A DNA stretch of 64,000 nucleotides from an uncultured virus (IMG/VR IMGVR_UViG_3300030495_000024). Its lineage: Duplodnaviria > Heunggongvirae > Uroviricota > Caudoviricetes. The stretch lies in IMG/VR virus record IMGVR_UViG_3300030495_000024; one strand, given 5' to 3'. A program made the position numbers and the translations under genes. Under the pieces are notes generated by a model. The model was not told where the DNA came from, did no database searches, and worked only from the letters and a program-made list of their open reading frames with translations. Shown here one piece after another: positions 17,924 to 27,925 of the stretch (its first letter is position 1; each line of letters begins with the position of its first letter).

Positions 17924-20845
17924 ATGAACATGCACAATCCCGTGCAGGTCGAGCCCCGCACCGTTCTGGTCGACGCTCGCAACCCCGAGGTCATCGACGA
18001 GATCAGAGCGCTCATCCAGAGCAGCCAATTCGTCGGCTTCGACCTCGAGACCGAGGACAGCCGCCGGCACGATGGCCTGACCCGCTTCTGCAAGTACAAC
18101 GACGAGGGTTTCAAGTCGAAGACCTCGAAGACGGTGTTCGACTGGCGCCGGACCACGATCTGTGGAGCGTCGTTCTACTCGGAGGAGCGCCCCGACAGGG
18201 CCTACTACATCAACTTTGGCCACAGCGACGCGGAGAACCGTCTGCCGATCGGCCTGCTGCTCGACCTGCTGAAGGCGCTGCCGGCCGAGAACGCCCACTT
18301 CATCGCGCACAACAGCGCCTTCGAGCAGACCGTGATCAAGGCGGTGCTCGACTACGATTTCCCGCCGGGCAGCATCATCTGCTCCATGACGCAGGCCGTG
18401 TCGGCCTACGGGCCGGACACCTACAGCCTCGAGGCCTGGCTCGCGGCTGGGCAGGGCGACATCGGTCAGCTCGTCGAGGGTCTGATCCGAAACTGCCACG
18501 GCTTCGACCGTGAGACCGGCGAGATGTCGCCGGCCCTGTCCGAGCTGGTGTTCAAGATCATCGGCAAGTCGTCGAAGGCCTCGTTCTCCTGGAACGGCTT
18601 CGTGGCCGCCATCGCCTACGGCTACGGGCTGAAGCAGGCCGTGCGGTCGCACTTCGGGGTCCAGATGCGGACCTTCGAGGACACGCTCGACGGGGAGGCC
18701 CACATGGGCCTCGTCACGGGCGAGCAGGTAGCCGCCTACGGCGCCGACGACGCCTACTGGGCCGTGCGCCTGTTCCGGCACCTCCTCGCCTACATGATGC
18801 GTAACGGCGGGCCGACGCTCGTGAAGACGTTCTTCGAGCAGGAGAACGTCATGCCGGCGATCTTCTCCTCGATCGCGATCGGCGGCATGCGCGTGAACGC
18901 GCCGGCCATTCGCCAACGCACCGAGGCTGAGCGTGCGACCGCCGCCGGCATCCTGCGCGAGATGAAGGCGGCGGCCCGCAACTTCAGCTGGCCGGGCGAG
19001 CTGGTCCCGGAGCTGCTCAAGCGTGAGAGCTGGTACGTCAAGAACGCGGCCACCTATCGCGAGCGCGTGCAGATCTGGCTGGACGCGTCCGACAGCGATG
19101 ACGACTACGAGCAGGCCCTACAGGTCCGCGGTCCCGTCACGAACGCCTGGGCGGCCGAGCACGGCGTCAACGAGAAGAAGCTCCTGGGGGTCAACCTCTC
19201 GCACTACATGCCGGTACGCACGATCCTCTACGATCTCCTCGGCTGCAAGGTCGTGGTCTCGAAGGGCAAGGTCGCCTCTGACGGCGAGGCGCGCGGCCGG
19301 ATCGTCGACCGACTGAAAGACGGCAAGCACCTCTCGAAGGAGCAGCTCGAGCAGGCCTGGGCCGAGCTGCAGGCCGAGCTGGCTGTCCGTATCGAGGCTG
19401 GCGGGGAGGACGCGCTCGCCGCCGGCATCGCGCTCGAAGAGCAGCAGGCGCGCTGGACGAGGATCCAAGCCGAGGAGAAGCCCTCGCGCGAGGACCTCGA
19501 GCCCTTCGCCCTGCACCACAATCGGTATGCGCTCAAGGTCATCGACTGCCTGAACCGGCTGGCCGGCGTCGAGCAGCGCATGAAGCTCTACCTGACGCCC
19601 TACAGCATGCTGGTCGACCCTGAGACCGGCCGCATGTACCCGCAGGTCACCAGCCTGTTGGCGACGCGCCGCCTCGCGGCGTCGTCACCGAACGCCATGC
19701 AGCTCGGCAAGCGGGGCGAGGCCGCCTACGTCCGCGGCTTCTACGTCGCCGACTACGACGATCACCTCATGGTCTCGCTCGACTGGTCGGGCGTCGAGCT
19801 GGTCGAGATCGGCGAGTTCTCCGGCGACCCGGAGTTCCACAAGGCCTTCGGGCAGATCCCGCACCAGGATCTCCACGCCGGCACGGCGACAGCTTTGCTA
19901 TCCCTAGATTGCCCAGGGATGAACCTAGAGTTGTTCAAATCTCTCAAGGGCATGACCTCGTGGAACGAGTGGCTTTCGGACCACCACGGCGAGGCCGACC
20001 GCCTGCCGCGCCTGATGACGAACCTGAAGGGCGAGCTGCTCGAGAGCGCCAAGGCCTACGGCTACTGGCGGACCGTGTTCGGCAAGGAGGCCAACTTCAA
20101 CTACTTCTACTCCGGCTGGCTGGCCACGATCGGCGAGCGCGCCGGCTGGTCGCCGCAGAAGACCGCCGACGCCACCGACGCCTACCGGGCGCAGTTCCCG
20201 GTCGCGGAGGCCTGGCGGGTCCAGCAGATCAGCGACGTCAACATGCTGGGCTACGTCACGCTGCCGGACGGGCACCGCTACACCCGCTACGAGGCGACGA
20301 ACTCCTGGGCCTCGGAGTGGTGCGACAAGTTTTTGCTTCAGACGGTCGGAGCCGAGAACTACAACGCCATCGTCCGCTGGATCATGCGCAAGATCCAGAA
20401 GCGCGCCGGCAATCAGACCGTCAACGCTCTCATTCAGGGGACCTGCGCGACGCTGGCGAAGCGCTCGATCGTCCGCACCATTCTCCACTTCCGGTCGCTC
20501 GGCTGGGGGGACCGCGAGTTCCGGTTCCTGATCCCGATCCATGACGAGCTGGTCTGGTCGGTTCACCAGGACCTCGCGGTCCCGTTCATCCGGGATGCGC
20601 ACCGGATCATGGTCTCGCACGACGATATCTTTAAGCGGTGCAAGCTCGACAGCTCGCCGGCCATCGGCGTCACCTTCGAGCCCTGGAACGAGCGGAAGGC
20701 CTACGGCGGCCAGATCGAGCTGTTCGAGCCGGAGGCCGCGGTCGTCGGCAAGGAGCGCGCCGGCAAGCGCCTGGACGACCAGGGCATCCGGGACGTCGTC
20801 GAGTACCTGAAACAGCAACGTGTTCGGATGAAGGAAGCAGCCTGA
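17924..20845 (+). CDS. Family A DNA polymerase with 3'-5' exonuclease domain
   Basis: FDLETE/HNSAFE/YGADDA exo motifs; LDWSGVEL (A), R...K..NF..FY (B), IHDEL (C). Confidence 0.92.
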   Translation: MNMHNPVQVEPRTVLVDARNPEVIDEIRALIQSSQFVGFDLETEDSRRHDGLTRFCKYNDEGFKSKTSKTVFDWRRTTICGASFYSEERPDRAYYINFGHSDAENRLPIGLLLDLLKALPAENAHFIAHNSAFEQTVIKAVLDYDFPPGSIICSMTQAVSAYGPDTYSLEAWLAAGQGDIGQLVEGLIRNCHGFDRETGEMSPALSELVFKIIGKSSKASFSWNGFVAAIAYGYGLKQAVRSHFGVQMRTFEDTLDGEAHMGLVTGEQVAAYGADDAYWAVRLFRHLLAYMMRNGGPTLVKTFFEQENVMPAIFSSIAIGGMRVNAPAIRQRTEAERATAAGILREMKAAARNFSWPGELVPELLKRESWYVKNAATYRERVQIWLDASDSDDDYEQALQVRGPVTNAWAAEHGVNEKKLLGVNLSHYMPVRTILYDLLGCKVVVSKGKVASDGEARGRIVDRLKDGKHLSKEQLEQAWAELQAELAVRIEAGGEDALAAGIALEEQQARWTRIQAEEKPSREDLEPFALHHNRYALKVIDCLNRLAGVEQRMKLYLTPYSMLVDPETGRMYPQVTSLLATRRLAASSPNAMQLGKRGEAAYVRGFYVADYDDHLMVSLDWSGVELVEIGEFSGDPEFHKAFGQIPHQDLHAGTATALLSLDCPGMNLELFKSLKGMTSWNEWLSDHHGEADRLPRLMTNLKGELLESAKAYGYWRTVFGKEANFNYFYSGWLATIGERAGWSPQKTADATDAYRAQFPVAEAWRVQQISDVNMLGYVTLPDGHRYTRYEATNSWASEWCDKFLLQTVGAENYNAIVRWIMRKIQKRAGNQTVNALIQGTCATLAKRSIVRTILHFRSLGWGDREFRFLIPIHDELVWSVHQDLAVPFIRDAHRIMVSHDDIFKRCKLDSSPAIGVTFEPWNERKAYGGQIELFEPEAAVVGKERAGKRLDDQGIRDVVEYLKQQRVRMKEAA

Positions 20846-21915
20846 TGTCGACGGGGAAGAGGATCTTCAAGCGTGACACCAATGGTACGATACGTACCTG
20901 GAACTATGAAGTCGACGGCGACCGGTGGCGGTCGCATAGCGGCGTGCTCGGCGGGGCCGTGGTGACGTCCGGCTGGACGACCTGCGTGCCCAAGAGCCGC
21001 GACACAGCCGAAGAGCAGGCCCTGTTCGAGGCCGAGGCCGAGATGGGGAAGAAGCTCGACAAGGACTACGCCGTCACCGAGGCCGGTGTCGACGAGCCTC
21101 GGTCCTTCGGACCGAAGGTCATGCTCGCCCACAAGTTCGAGGGGTGGCCGGGCGAGTGCTTTTCGCAGCCGAAGCTCGACGGCATTCGGTGCAAGGTGAA
21201 CCGGCACGGCATGTGGAGCCGCACGGGCAAGCCGATCCTGGGCGCCCCGCACATCTTCGCCATCCTCGCCCCCGCCTTCGTCAACAAGCCGGATCTCGAG
21301 TTCGACGGCGAGCTGTACAACCACGAGCTGAAGGACGACTTCAACAAGATCGTCTCGATGGTGAGGAAGTCGAAGCCCGAGGACGACGACATCCTCGAGG
21401 CGTCGAAGCTCGTCCAGTACCACGTCTACGACCTCGTCCTCACGGACAAGACGTTCAGTCAGCGCGACCAGATGCTCGATCTGTTCGTGGCGCAGCTGCC
21501 GGGCAACGAGATCGTGAAGGTCCCGACCTCTCCAGTCGCGACCATCGAGCAGCTCGACCGGGCCTACGGCACCTATCTCGAGGCCGGCTACGAGGGCCAG
21601 ATCATTCGGCTCGATGGCCCCTACGAGAACAAGCGCTCGAAGCAACTCCTGAAGCGGAAGGAGTTCGAGACCCGCGAGTTCGAGCTGATCGCCGTCGAGC
21701 CCGGGAACGGCAACTGGGCCGGGCTCGCGAAGCGGATCCGCTTCCGCCTCGACGACGGCCGGGAGTGCGGTGGTGGCATTCGTGGGACGCGCGAGCAGAT
21801 GGCCGAGCTGCTGGCTCGGCCGCAGCCGAAGATCGTGACGGTCCGCTACTTCACGCCCACCCCGGACGGCATGCCGCGCTTCCCGGTCGCCATCGATTTT
21901 GACCGGCCGGACTAG
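20845..21915 (+). CDS. ATP-dependent DNA ligase
   Basis: KLDGIR adenylation motif, FDGELY, YEGQIIR, LLKRK, PRFP. Confidence 0.92.
   Translation: MSTGKRIFKRDTNGTIRTWNYEVDGDRWRSHSGVLGGAVVTSGWTTCVPKSRDTAEEQALFEAEAEMGKKLDKDYAVTEAGVDEPRSFGPKVMLAHKFEGWPGECFSQPKLDGIRCKVNRHGMWSRTGKPILGAPHIFAILAPAFVNKPDLEFDGELYNHELKDDFNKIVSMVRKSKPEDDDILEASKLVQYHVYDLVLTDKTFSQRDQMLDLFVAQLPGNEIVKVPTSPVATIEQLDRAYGTYLEAGYEGQIIRLDGPYENKRSKQLLKRKEFETREFELIAVEPGNGNWAGLAKRIRFRLDDGRECGGGIRGTREQMAELLARPQPKIVTVRYFTPTPDGMPRFPVAIDFDRPD
20884..20898. promoter_or_regulatory. Palindrome family A (GGTACG-ata-CGTACC) in the 5' end of the ligase gene
   Basis: Exact consensus. Confidence 0.75.
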
Positions 21916-21928
21916 TACGAAACGTACC
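21914..21928. promoter_or_regulatory. Palindrome family A variant (AGTACG-aaa-CGTACC) upstream of RNR
   Basis: One mismatch; overlaps ligase stop; TTGACC upstream. Confidence 0.7.
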
Positions 21929-21976
21929 AAACCGACCCCATATCGTGTGACCCTTCAGTAGCGGATCCCCCACAGA

Positions 21977-24004
21977 ATGTTGTCGAACCACACCCCCTCG
22001 GTGCGCGCGCAGTTCACGCATCGTCGCACCTACCTACGTCCCCTCAACGAGGAGGGGACTCGGTTCGAGACCGTGGACGAGGCAATGAGCCGGGTCGTCG
22101 GCCACCAGCGGTGGCTCTGGGAGCGGCAGCTCGGGCGCGACCTGAACACCGAGGAGTCCGCCGAGCTGGACGAACTCGAAGGGCTGATGCGCTCCGCGAA
22201 GGTGTCGATGTCCGGCCGCGTGAAGTGGATGGGCGGCACCGCGCTCGTCCGGGAGCGCTCGGCCGGCGCGTTCAACTGCTCATTCTCCGTCGCCTACACC
22301 CCCGCCGACCTCGTCGATATCTTCTGGCTGCTGCTGAACGGGTGCGGTGTCGGCTTCAAGCCGGTCACCGGCCTCCTGTCCGGCTTCCCCTCGTCGATCA
22401 AGAAGATCACCGTGGTGCCGAGCACGCGTACCGGACGAGGCGGCGAGGAGAACAGCTCCGAGTCCATCGATATGGCCGCCGGCACCTGGCGCATCACCTT
22501 CGGCGACAGCGCCAAGGGCTGGGCGAAGGCGCTCGGCATGCTGTTCGGTGAGAAGCCGCGGGTCGGCGAGCTGATCCTCGACTTCTCCGAGCTGCGCCCT
22601 GGCGGCAAGCGGCTCCGCGGCTACGGCTGGATCTCGTCGGGCTGGCAACCGCTGGCGACCGCTCTGGAGCGCATCGCCGGCATTCTCCAGGAAGCCGCGC
22701 ACCGACCGCTGACGAAGGGTGAGATCATCGACGTCGTCAATTTCCTCGGCACCGTCCTGTCGAGCCGCCGGTCGGCCCAGATCTGTCTCATCGAGACTGA
22801 GGCCAGCAACCTGGACGAGCTTCTCACCGACCTCGAGTGGTACATCGAGTTCAAAACCGATCGGTGGCAGCGGGGCGAGGGGCAGCGGGAGCAGTCGAAC
22901 AACTCGATCGGCTTCACTCGCAAGCCTACCGCCCCCGTAGTGAGCTATCTCCTCAAGCGGATCCTCCCGACAGGGGAACCCGGTTTCGTCAACGTCGAGC
23001 ATGCCCGGCGGCGCGCGCCGGAGATGGAGGGCCTCAACCCCTGCGCGGAGATCCTCCTGCCGAACAAGGGGTTCTGCAACCTCGTGCAGGTCGTCTGGCA
23101 CCGCTTCAACGGCGATCTCGCCGGGCTCCTGCGGGCTCAGTACCTCGCCGGCCGGGCGAACTACCGCCAGACCTGCGTGTCGATGCGTGACGGCGTGCTC
23201 CAGCTCCAGTGGAACGACGCCCAGAAGCTCCTGCGCCTCTGCGGCGTCTCCCCGACCGGCGCGGTGGCCTGGGACGGGATCGAGAGTCCCGAGATGCTCG
23301 AGGCCGCGCGCGATGCCGCGGTGTCGGGCGCCGACAGCATGGCGGACGAGTTCGGCGCTCCACGCGCCCGGCGCGTCACGCAGGTTCAGCCAGCCGGCAC
23401 GTCGTCCAAGGCCCTGGGCCTGGAGGGCGACGAGGTCCACGAGGGCGCGCACCTGGCCCTGAGCCGCTGGATCTTCAACTGGATCAACTTCCCATCGAAC
23501 GATCCGATGCTCGGCGCCTTCCGGGCCGCCGGCTACGACATGAAGCCGAACCCGAACGACCCGACCGGCGTCATCGTCTGCTGGCCCGTCGAGTATCCTG
23601 CGTCGTCGAAGTTCACCGCTATCGACTTGGTCGAGGGTGAGCACCTCGAGGTGAACCGAGAGAGTGCCATCAGCCAGCTGGAGCGCTACCGCCTCCTGAT
23701 GAAGCACTACGTCGACCACAACTGCTCGATTACGGTGTCCTTCGACGAGGCCGAGATCCCGGCCATGGTCGACTGGTTCATGGAGCATTGGGACGAGTAC
23801 GTCGGCGTGTCATTCCTCAAGCGCAACAACCCGCTCGCCACCGCGGAGGAGCTGGGCTTCAAGTACCTCCCGCAGGAGTGTGTCTCGCGCGAGCGGTACG
23901 AAGCGTACCGGCGCCGGCTCTCACCGATCGACATCTCCGAGGACAAGTCCGCCGAGCTGCTCGACCAGGGCGAGTGCGCGACCGGCGGGTGCCCGATCCG
24001 ATGA
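21977..24004 (+). CDS. nrdJ: Class II (adenosylcobalamin-dependent) ribonucleotide reductase
   Basis: FNCS, NPCAEI, TQVQPAGTSS, C-terminal CATGGCPIR; no beta-subunit gene nearby. Confidence 0.88.
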   Translation: MLSNHTPSVRAQFTHRRTYLRPLNEEGTRFETVDEAMSRVVGHQRWLWERQLGRDLNTEESAELDELEGLMRSAKVSMSGRVKWMGGTALVRERSAGAFNCSFSVAYTPADLVDIFWLLLNGCGVGFKPVTGLLSGFPSSIKKITVVPSTRTGRGGEENSSESIDMAAGTWRITFGDSAKGWAKALGMLFGEKPRVGELILDFSELRPGGKRLRGYGWISSGWQPLATALERIAGILQEAAHRPLTKGEIIDVVNFLGTVLSSRRSAQICLIETEASNLDELLTDLEWYIEFKTDRWQRGEGQREQSNNSIGFTRKPTAPVVSYLLKRILPTGEPGFVNVEHARRRAPEMEGLNPCAEILLPNKGFCNLVQVVWHRFNGDLAGLLRAQYLAGRANYRQTCVSMRDGVLQLQWNDAQKLLRLCGVSPTGAVAWDGIESPEMLEAARDAAVSGADSMADEFGAPRARRVTQVQPAGTSSKALGLEGDEVHEGAHLALSRWIFNWINFPSNDPMLGAFRAAGYDMKPNPNDPTGVIVCWPVEYPASSKFTAIDLVEGEHLEVNRESAISQLERYRLLMKHYVDHNCSITVSFDEAEIPAMVDWFMEHWDEYVGVSFLKRNNPLATAEELGFKYLPQECVSRERYEAYRRRLSPIDISEDKSAELLDQGECATGGCPIR

Positions 24005-24267
24005 GGACGCCGGAGATCGCCGAGGAGCTGAGGGAGCTGGCGGCGACGCACGGGCTCCCTCGGCTCGCAGAACTCGCCGACGAGCTTCGTCGTCGACCAC
24101 CGACACGTCGCGCTCCGGTCAGCTCGGAGCGGATGACGCCAGAGCTGCGAGCGCAGATCCGCAAGTTCGCCGCCAGCTTTCCCGACTTGGTCCAGTCGAA
24201 GATCGCTGAGCATTTCAACGTCAGCCAGGGGCGCGTCTCGGAGACGCTCGCGGGGTACAGGGAATGA
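24001..24267 (+). CDS. Small HTH-like protein
   Basis: QSKIAEHFNVSQGRVSETLAG. Confidence 0.65.
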   Translation: MRTPEIAEELRELAATHGLPRLAELADELRRRPPTRRAPVSSERMTPELRAQIRKFAASFPDLVQSKIAEHFNVSQGRVSETLAGYRE

Positions 24268-25139
24268 GCTGTCAGATACTTGCGAAGGTGTTGCGGAGAT
24301 CGGTGGGGCATCCCGATGCCCCGCCGATCACCAGCTTCCAGCTGCGCTACCCGCTCCAGATCCACGCCGAGCTGATGACCCACCGGGTCTTCAGCCGGAA
24401 CGCGCGGTCCTCGCGGGCCGTGCCGACCGCCCGGATGCTGGAGGAGGTCCGCACGGCGCCGTTCATCCCCCGGTACTGGGGGCGGAACCAGAAGGGGATG
24501 CAGGCGGGTGAGGAGCACAACGCGCTCCTCGAGGGCTCCGGCAACGAGCCGGACGTCACGCGGGACGAGGCTTGGCTCGAAGCTCGAGACGACGCAGTGC
24601 GGCACGCCGAGCGCTACATGCGCGCCGGCTACCACAAGCAGATCTGCAACCGGCTCCTCGCCCCGTTCCTGCACATCGACGTGGTGCTGACCACGACGAA
24701 CCTCTCGAACTGGGACGCGCTCCGCGACGACCCGGCGGCCGAGCCCCACATCCGCGACCTCGCGGTCGCGATGAAGGAAGCGCTGATCGAGCCTACGCAG
24801 CTGGAACGAGGCGAGTGGCACCTTCCGTACATTTCGGACGACGAGCGTGGCCCTGATCCCTCCGGCTTCGACTGGGCCGTGTTGAGGGCCTGCTCCGTCA
24901 CCCGGTGCGCCCAGGTCAGCTACGTGCCGTTCCATGAGGCCCGGCTCACTATCGCCGAGGAAGTCGCCCGGCACGACGCGCTGATCGCCGCGCGCCCGAT
25001 GCATGCCAGCCCGTGCGAGCACCAGGCCACGCCCGACACCAAGCTGCCGGACGGCAGCTGGGCTCACCCCGAGCTGGCGGGGAACCTCGGGCCGGGCTGG
25101 ATCCAGTACCGCAAGACCCTACCCGGAGAGAGAGCATGA
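24264..25139 (+). CDS. thyX: FAD-dependent thymidylate synthase
   Basis: ELMTHRVFSRNARSSRA, HKQICNRLL, HASPCEH. Confidence 0.88.
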   Translation: MSCQILAKVLRRSVGHPDAPPITSFQLRYPLQIHAELMTHRVFSRNARSSRAVPTARMLEEVRTAPFIPRYWGRNQKGMQAGEEHNALLEGSGNEPDVTRDEAWLEARDDAVRHAERYMRAGYHKQICNRLLAPFLHIDVVLTTTNLSNWDALRDDPAAEPHIRDLAVAMKEALIEPTQLERGEWHLPYISDDERGPDPSGFDWAVLRACSVTRCAQVSYVPFHEARLTIAEEVARHDALIAARPMHASPCEHQATPDTKLPDGSWAHPELAGNLGPGWIQYRKTLPGERA

Positions 25140-25414
25140 CCACCGAAATCGACCGTGAAGCCGAGGAGGCCGACGTCGTGATGCCGACCGCGGAGAACGC
25201 CCCGCCGGCGCTCTTCCGCCCGCGCAACGGGATCACCACCACCGACGTGCTGGAGATCGCGCTGATGTACCTCCTCCAGCTCACCGGCAACCCGGGCACC
25301 TTCCCGCCCGGCGCCCTGCGGCACCAGCCGATGGATGCGGCTCGCGTCGCCATGCTTTCCCCCGAGGCTCAGCGTCACATGAGCCATATCCAGCAGGAGG
25401 CCACCAATGGCTGA
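25136..25414 (+). CDS. Hypothetical protein
   Basis: ATGA overlap. Confidence 0.6.
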   Translation: MTTEIDREAEEADVVMPTAENAPPALFRPRNGITTTDVLEIALMYLLQLTGNPGTFPPGALRHQPMDAARVAMLSPEAQRHMSHIQQEATNG

Positions 25415-25778
25415 GAAGAAGCTTACCCAACTCTCGGTGCCCAGTGTCGAGTACCTCCAGGGCGGCATGCCGATGTCGACCTTCACGAAGGGCGCCGATC
25501 TCTTCGAGAAGGTCCGCGTCGGCGAGCACGTCGAGGTCGTTCTCGACGACGGCACCAAGCGCCCGGCCCGGGTGCAGATGGTTCAGGTCGACGCCCTGAT
25601 CAACCTCGTCACCGGCTACGGCGCCCAGGCCGCCATGAACCAGGGCCGTCCCTACTCGGCGCTCGCGGTCGTGCAGGGCCTCACCGACGCAGCGGCCGGC
25701 TCCGGCCCGCTCGACGTGACCAAGATCTACACGATGGTGCAGGTCCAGCTCGAGCCCGAGATCCCCACGATCGTCTGA
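25407..25778 (+). CDS. Hypothetical protein
   Basis: GGAGG RBS. Confidence 0.7.
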   Translation: MAEKKLTQLSVPSVEYLQGGMPMSTFTKGADLFEKVRVGEHVEVVLDDGTKRPARVQMVQVDALINLVTGYGAQAAMNQGRPYSALAVVQGLTDAAAGSGPLDVTKIYTMVQVQLEPEIPTIV

Positions 25779-25788
25779 GCCCCGAAAA

Positions 25789-25821
25789 AGAAGCCGCCGA
25801 CTCTTGCTGTCGGCGGCTTCT
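25789..25821. terminator. 13-bp hairpin (possible terminator; A-run on 5' side)
   Basis: AGAAGCCGCCGAC-N7-GTCGGCGGCTTCT. Confidence 0.55.
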
Positions 25822-25824
25822 CAA

Positions 25825-25839
25825 GGTACGAAACGTACC
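25825..25839. promoter_or_regulatory. Palindrome family A (GGTACG-aaa-CGTACC) abutting ATG 25840
   Basis: Exact consensus. Confidence 0.8.
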
Positions 25840-26304
25840 ATGAAAAAGAACACCGGCAAGCCAACGGAGGCCCTGTTCGAGAGCAGCATCAACGCGCTCG
25901 GGAAACAGGGTTACTTCTACCGCATCAAGGACGCCGCCGCGATCAAGGGCCTCACGGGTTCGGTCGGTGCTGGCGTCGATGCAACGCCAGCCGACTACAT
26001 CTGCGCCGTGCGCGGCAAGACGTTCTTCGCCGAGGTGAAGAGCACGCAGCACGACACGCTCTTCGAGTTCAAGCTCCTGAAGAAGGGGCAGAATGCCCAC
26101 GGCGCTCAGATCGTAGCGGCCGGGGGCGCATACTGGGTGTTCATCCATCGAATGAGCACCGGCGACTGGTACTGCGTCTCGATGGCGTGGATCAGGCTGC
26201 ACGAAAGCAAGACTGACCGGAAGTCCATGGCCTGGACTGAGATGGGAGAGTTCAAGTGTTCGACGGAGCTGACCCCCGCGGGAAGCCGCCCACAGTGGCC
26301 GTGA
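25840..26304 (+). CDS. PD-(D/E)XK nuclease, RecU-like Holliday junction resolvase
   Basis: PADYI...FAEVKST...Q...GGAY. Confidence 0.7.
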   Translation: MKKNTGKPTEALFESSINALGKQGYFYRIKDAAAIKGLTGSVGAGVDATPADYICAVRGKTFFAEVKSTQHDTLFEFKLLKKGQNAHGAQIVAAGGAYWVFIHRMSTGDWYCVSMAWIRLHESKTDRKSMAWTEMGEFKCSTELTPAGSRPQWP

Positions 26305-26912
26305 CGGAGATCGTCCAAGTGGGTCCGCACGAGATCCCTGTCGAGACCGAACACCGGACGGCGTTCATGCCCCAGCCTGGCGCGCCGATGTTCGACTACA
26401 TGATCGACGTCGAGACCACCGGGACGAACCCGGAGGAGAACGCGATCATTCAGATCGCCGCGGTTCGCTTCAACCGGCACACAAAGGAGATCGACCATCG
26501 GTTCTTCGATCGCGCCCTCACCGTGCCGGAGGGGCGCTACTGGTCGGAGAGCACCCGGGACTGGTGGATGGGCCAGCCGGACGTGCTGCGTGGCATCCTT
26601 TCGCGGGCCGAGCCGTCCGCGATCGTGATCAAGGCCTTCTGGGACTGGGTCGCCGAAGGTTCGAGCCTCTGCCCTCGAGCATTCTGGGGCAAGCCAACGA
26701 CCTTCGACTATAACTTCATCGCGTCGTACTTCCGCCAGTACGGTCTGATGCAGCCGTTTCACTATCGCGAGGCGATCGACCTGAACAGCTATCTGCTGGG
26801 CCGTGGTCACGAGAACCGTCGCGACTTCTGGAAGACCATCGAGCCGGTCGGTGACGCGCACAACGCGCTGCACGACTGCCTCTATCAGATCCGGGCGATC
26901 TTCGCGTCATGA
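26301..26912 (+). CDS. DEDDh 3'-5' exonuclease (start uncertain)
   Basis: MIDVETTG, TFD, HNALHD. Confidence 0.85.
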   Translation: MTEIVQVGPHEIPVETEHRTAFMPQPGAPMFDYMIDVETTGTNPEENAIIQIAAVRFNRHTKEIDHRFFDRALTVPEGRYWSESTRDWWMGQPDVLRGILSRAEPSAIVIKAFWDWVAEGSSLCPRAFWGKPTTFDYNFIASYFRQYGLMQPFHYREAIDLNSYLLGRGHENRRDFWKTIEPVGDAHNALHDCLYQIRAIFAS

Positions 26913-27925
26913 GCACCAAACCCGTCATTCTCGGTGACCCTCATCTCGGGCGCCGCTTCACCAAGGGCGTGCCGGTCGAGCGCCGGGGCCAACGCGAGCA
27001 GCTAGTGCGCGAGGACTTCGTCCGCCGCCTCGACCCGAAGGGAGCGTCCACGCACATCTGCCTCGGCGACCTCTTCGACAAGCCGCAGGTCGACTACGAC
27101 ACCCTGCTGTTCGCCGCCCAGGCCTACATGGCGGCGGCCTACGCGAACCCGCGCACCATCTTCTACCTCCTGCAGGGCAACCACGACGACAGCCGGGACC
27201 TCGCCGAGGTGACGGCCTGGGACGTGTTCGGGCAGTTGGTGCGCGGCGTCCAGAACGTGCGGTGCGTAATCGAGCCGGTCGCGGTGGCCGGCGTTGGCTT
27301 GCTGCTTCCCTGGCACCCGACCAAGAGCGCATCCGATCAGCTGGAGGTTGCCGCCAACATGGCGGGTGCCTTCAACAGGATGGGGATCAGTGTCGGGATC
27401 ACCACCGCCTATGGTCACTGGGACGTCGATCCCCGGTCGCCCAGCCACAACCTGATCCCGACCAAGGAGCTGGCGGCCCTCGGTATCACCAAGGCCTACA
27501 CCGGGCACGTCCATCTGCCCTCCACCTTCAAACGGGATGGTGTCGAGGTGGAGGTCGTGGGGAGCATGCAGCCCTACGCGCAGGGTGAGGACGGTGGCCA
27601 GTGTGCTGGCTCTGTCCAGTATCGGACATTCTGCATCAACGGCCTCGAGGACTTGCTGGTCGACGATCCGCAAGCGCTCAGCAATGTCTGCGTCCGCCTC
27701 CAGCTCCAGCCGGGCGAGCAGTTCGAGGGCGAAGTCCCGGACTGTCTATCTTTCGACATTCAGCGCGTGCGCCCGGTCGAGGAAGAGCCCGCCGGTGAGG
27801 TCTCCCTGGACGGCTTCGACACCACGGCCGCCGCGCGCGCCGCGCTCGACGAGCACGACATCATCCCGGAGGTCCGGGATCAGATCGACCAGCGCTGGAG
27901 GGAGACCTTCGGTGCAGAAGGGTAA
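26909..27925 (+). CDS. SbcD/Mre11-like metallophosphoesterase nuclease
   Basis: GDPH, GDLFD, GNHD, GHVH, VGS. Confidence 0.85.
   Translation: MSTKPVILGDPHLGRRFTKGVPVERRGQREQLVREDFVRRLDPKGASTHICLGDLFDKPQVDYDTLLFAAQAYMAAAYANPRTIFYLLQGNHDDSRDLAEVTAWDVFGQLVRGVQNVRCVIEPVAVAGVGLLLPWHPTKSASDQLEVAANMAGAFNRMGISVGITTAYGHWDVDPRSPSHNLIPTKELAALGITKAYTGHVHLPSTFKRDGVEVEVVGSMQPYAQGEDGGQCAGSVQYRTFCINGLEDLLVDDPQALSNVCVRLQLQPGEQFEGEVPDCLSFDIQRVRPVEEEPAGEVSLDGFDTTAAARAALDEHDIIPEVRDQIDQRWRETFGAEG

Noticed and set aside
19320..19530. Intein in the polymerase
   Set aside because: HN is followed by R, not C/S/T; no N-terminal splice motif; too short
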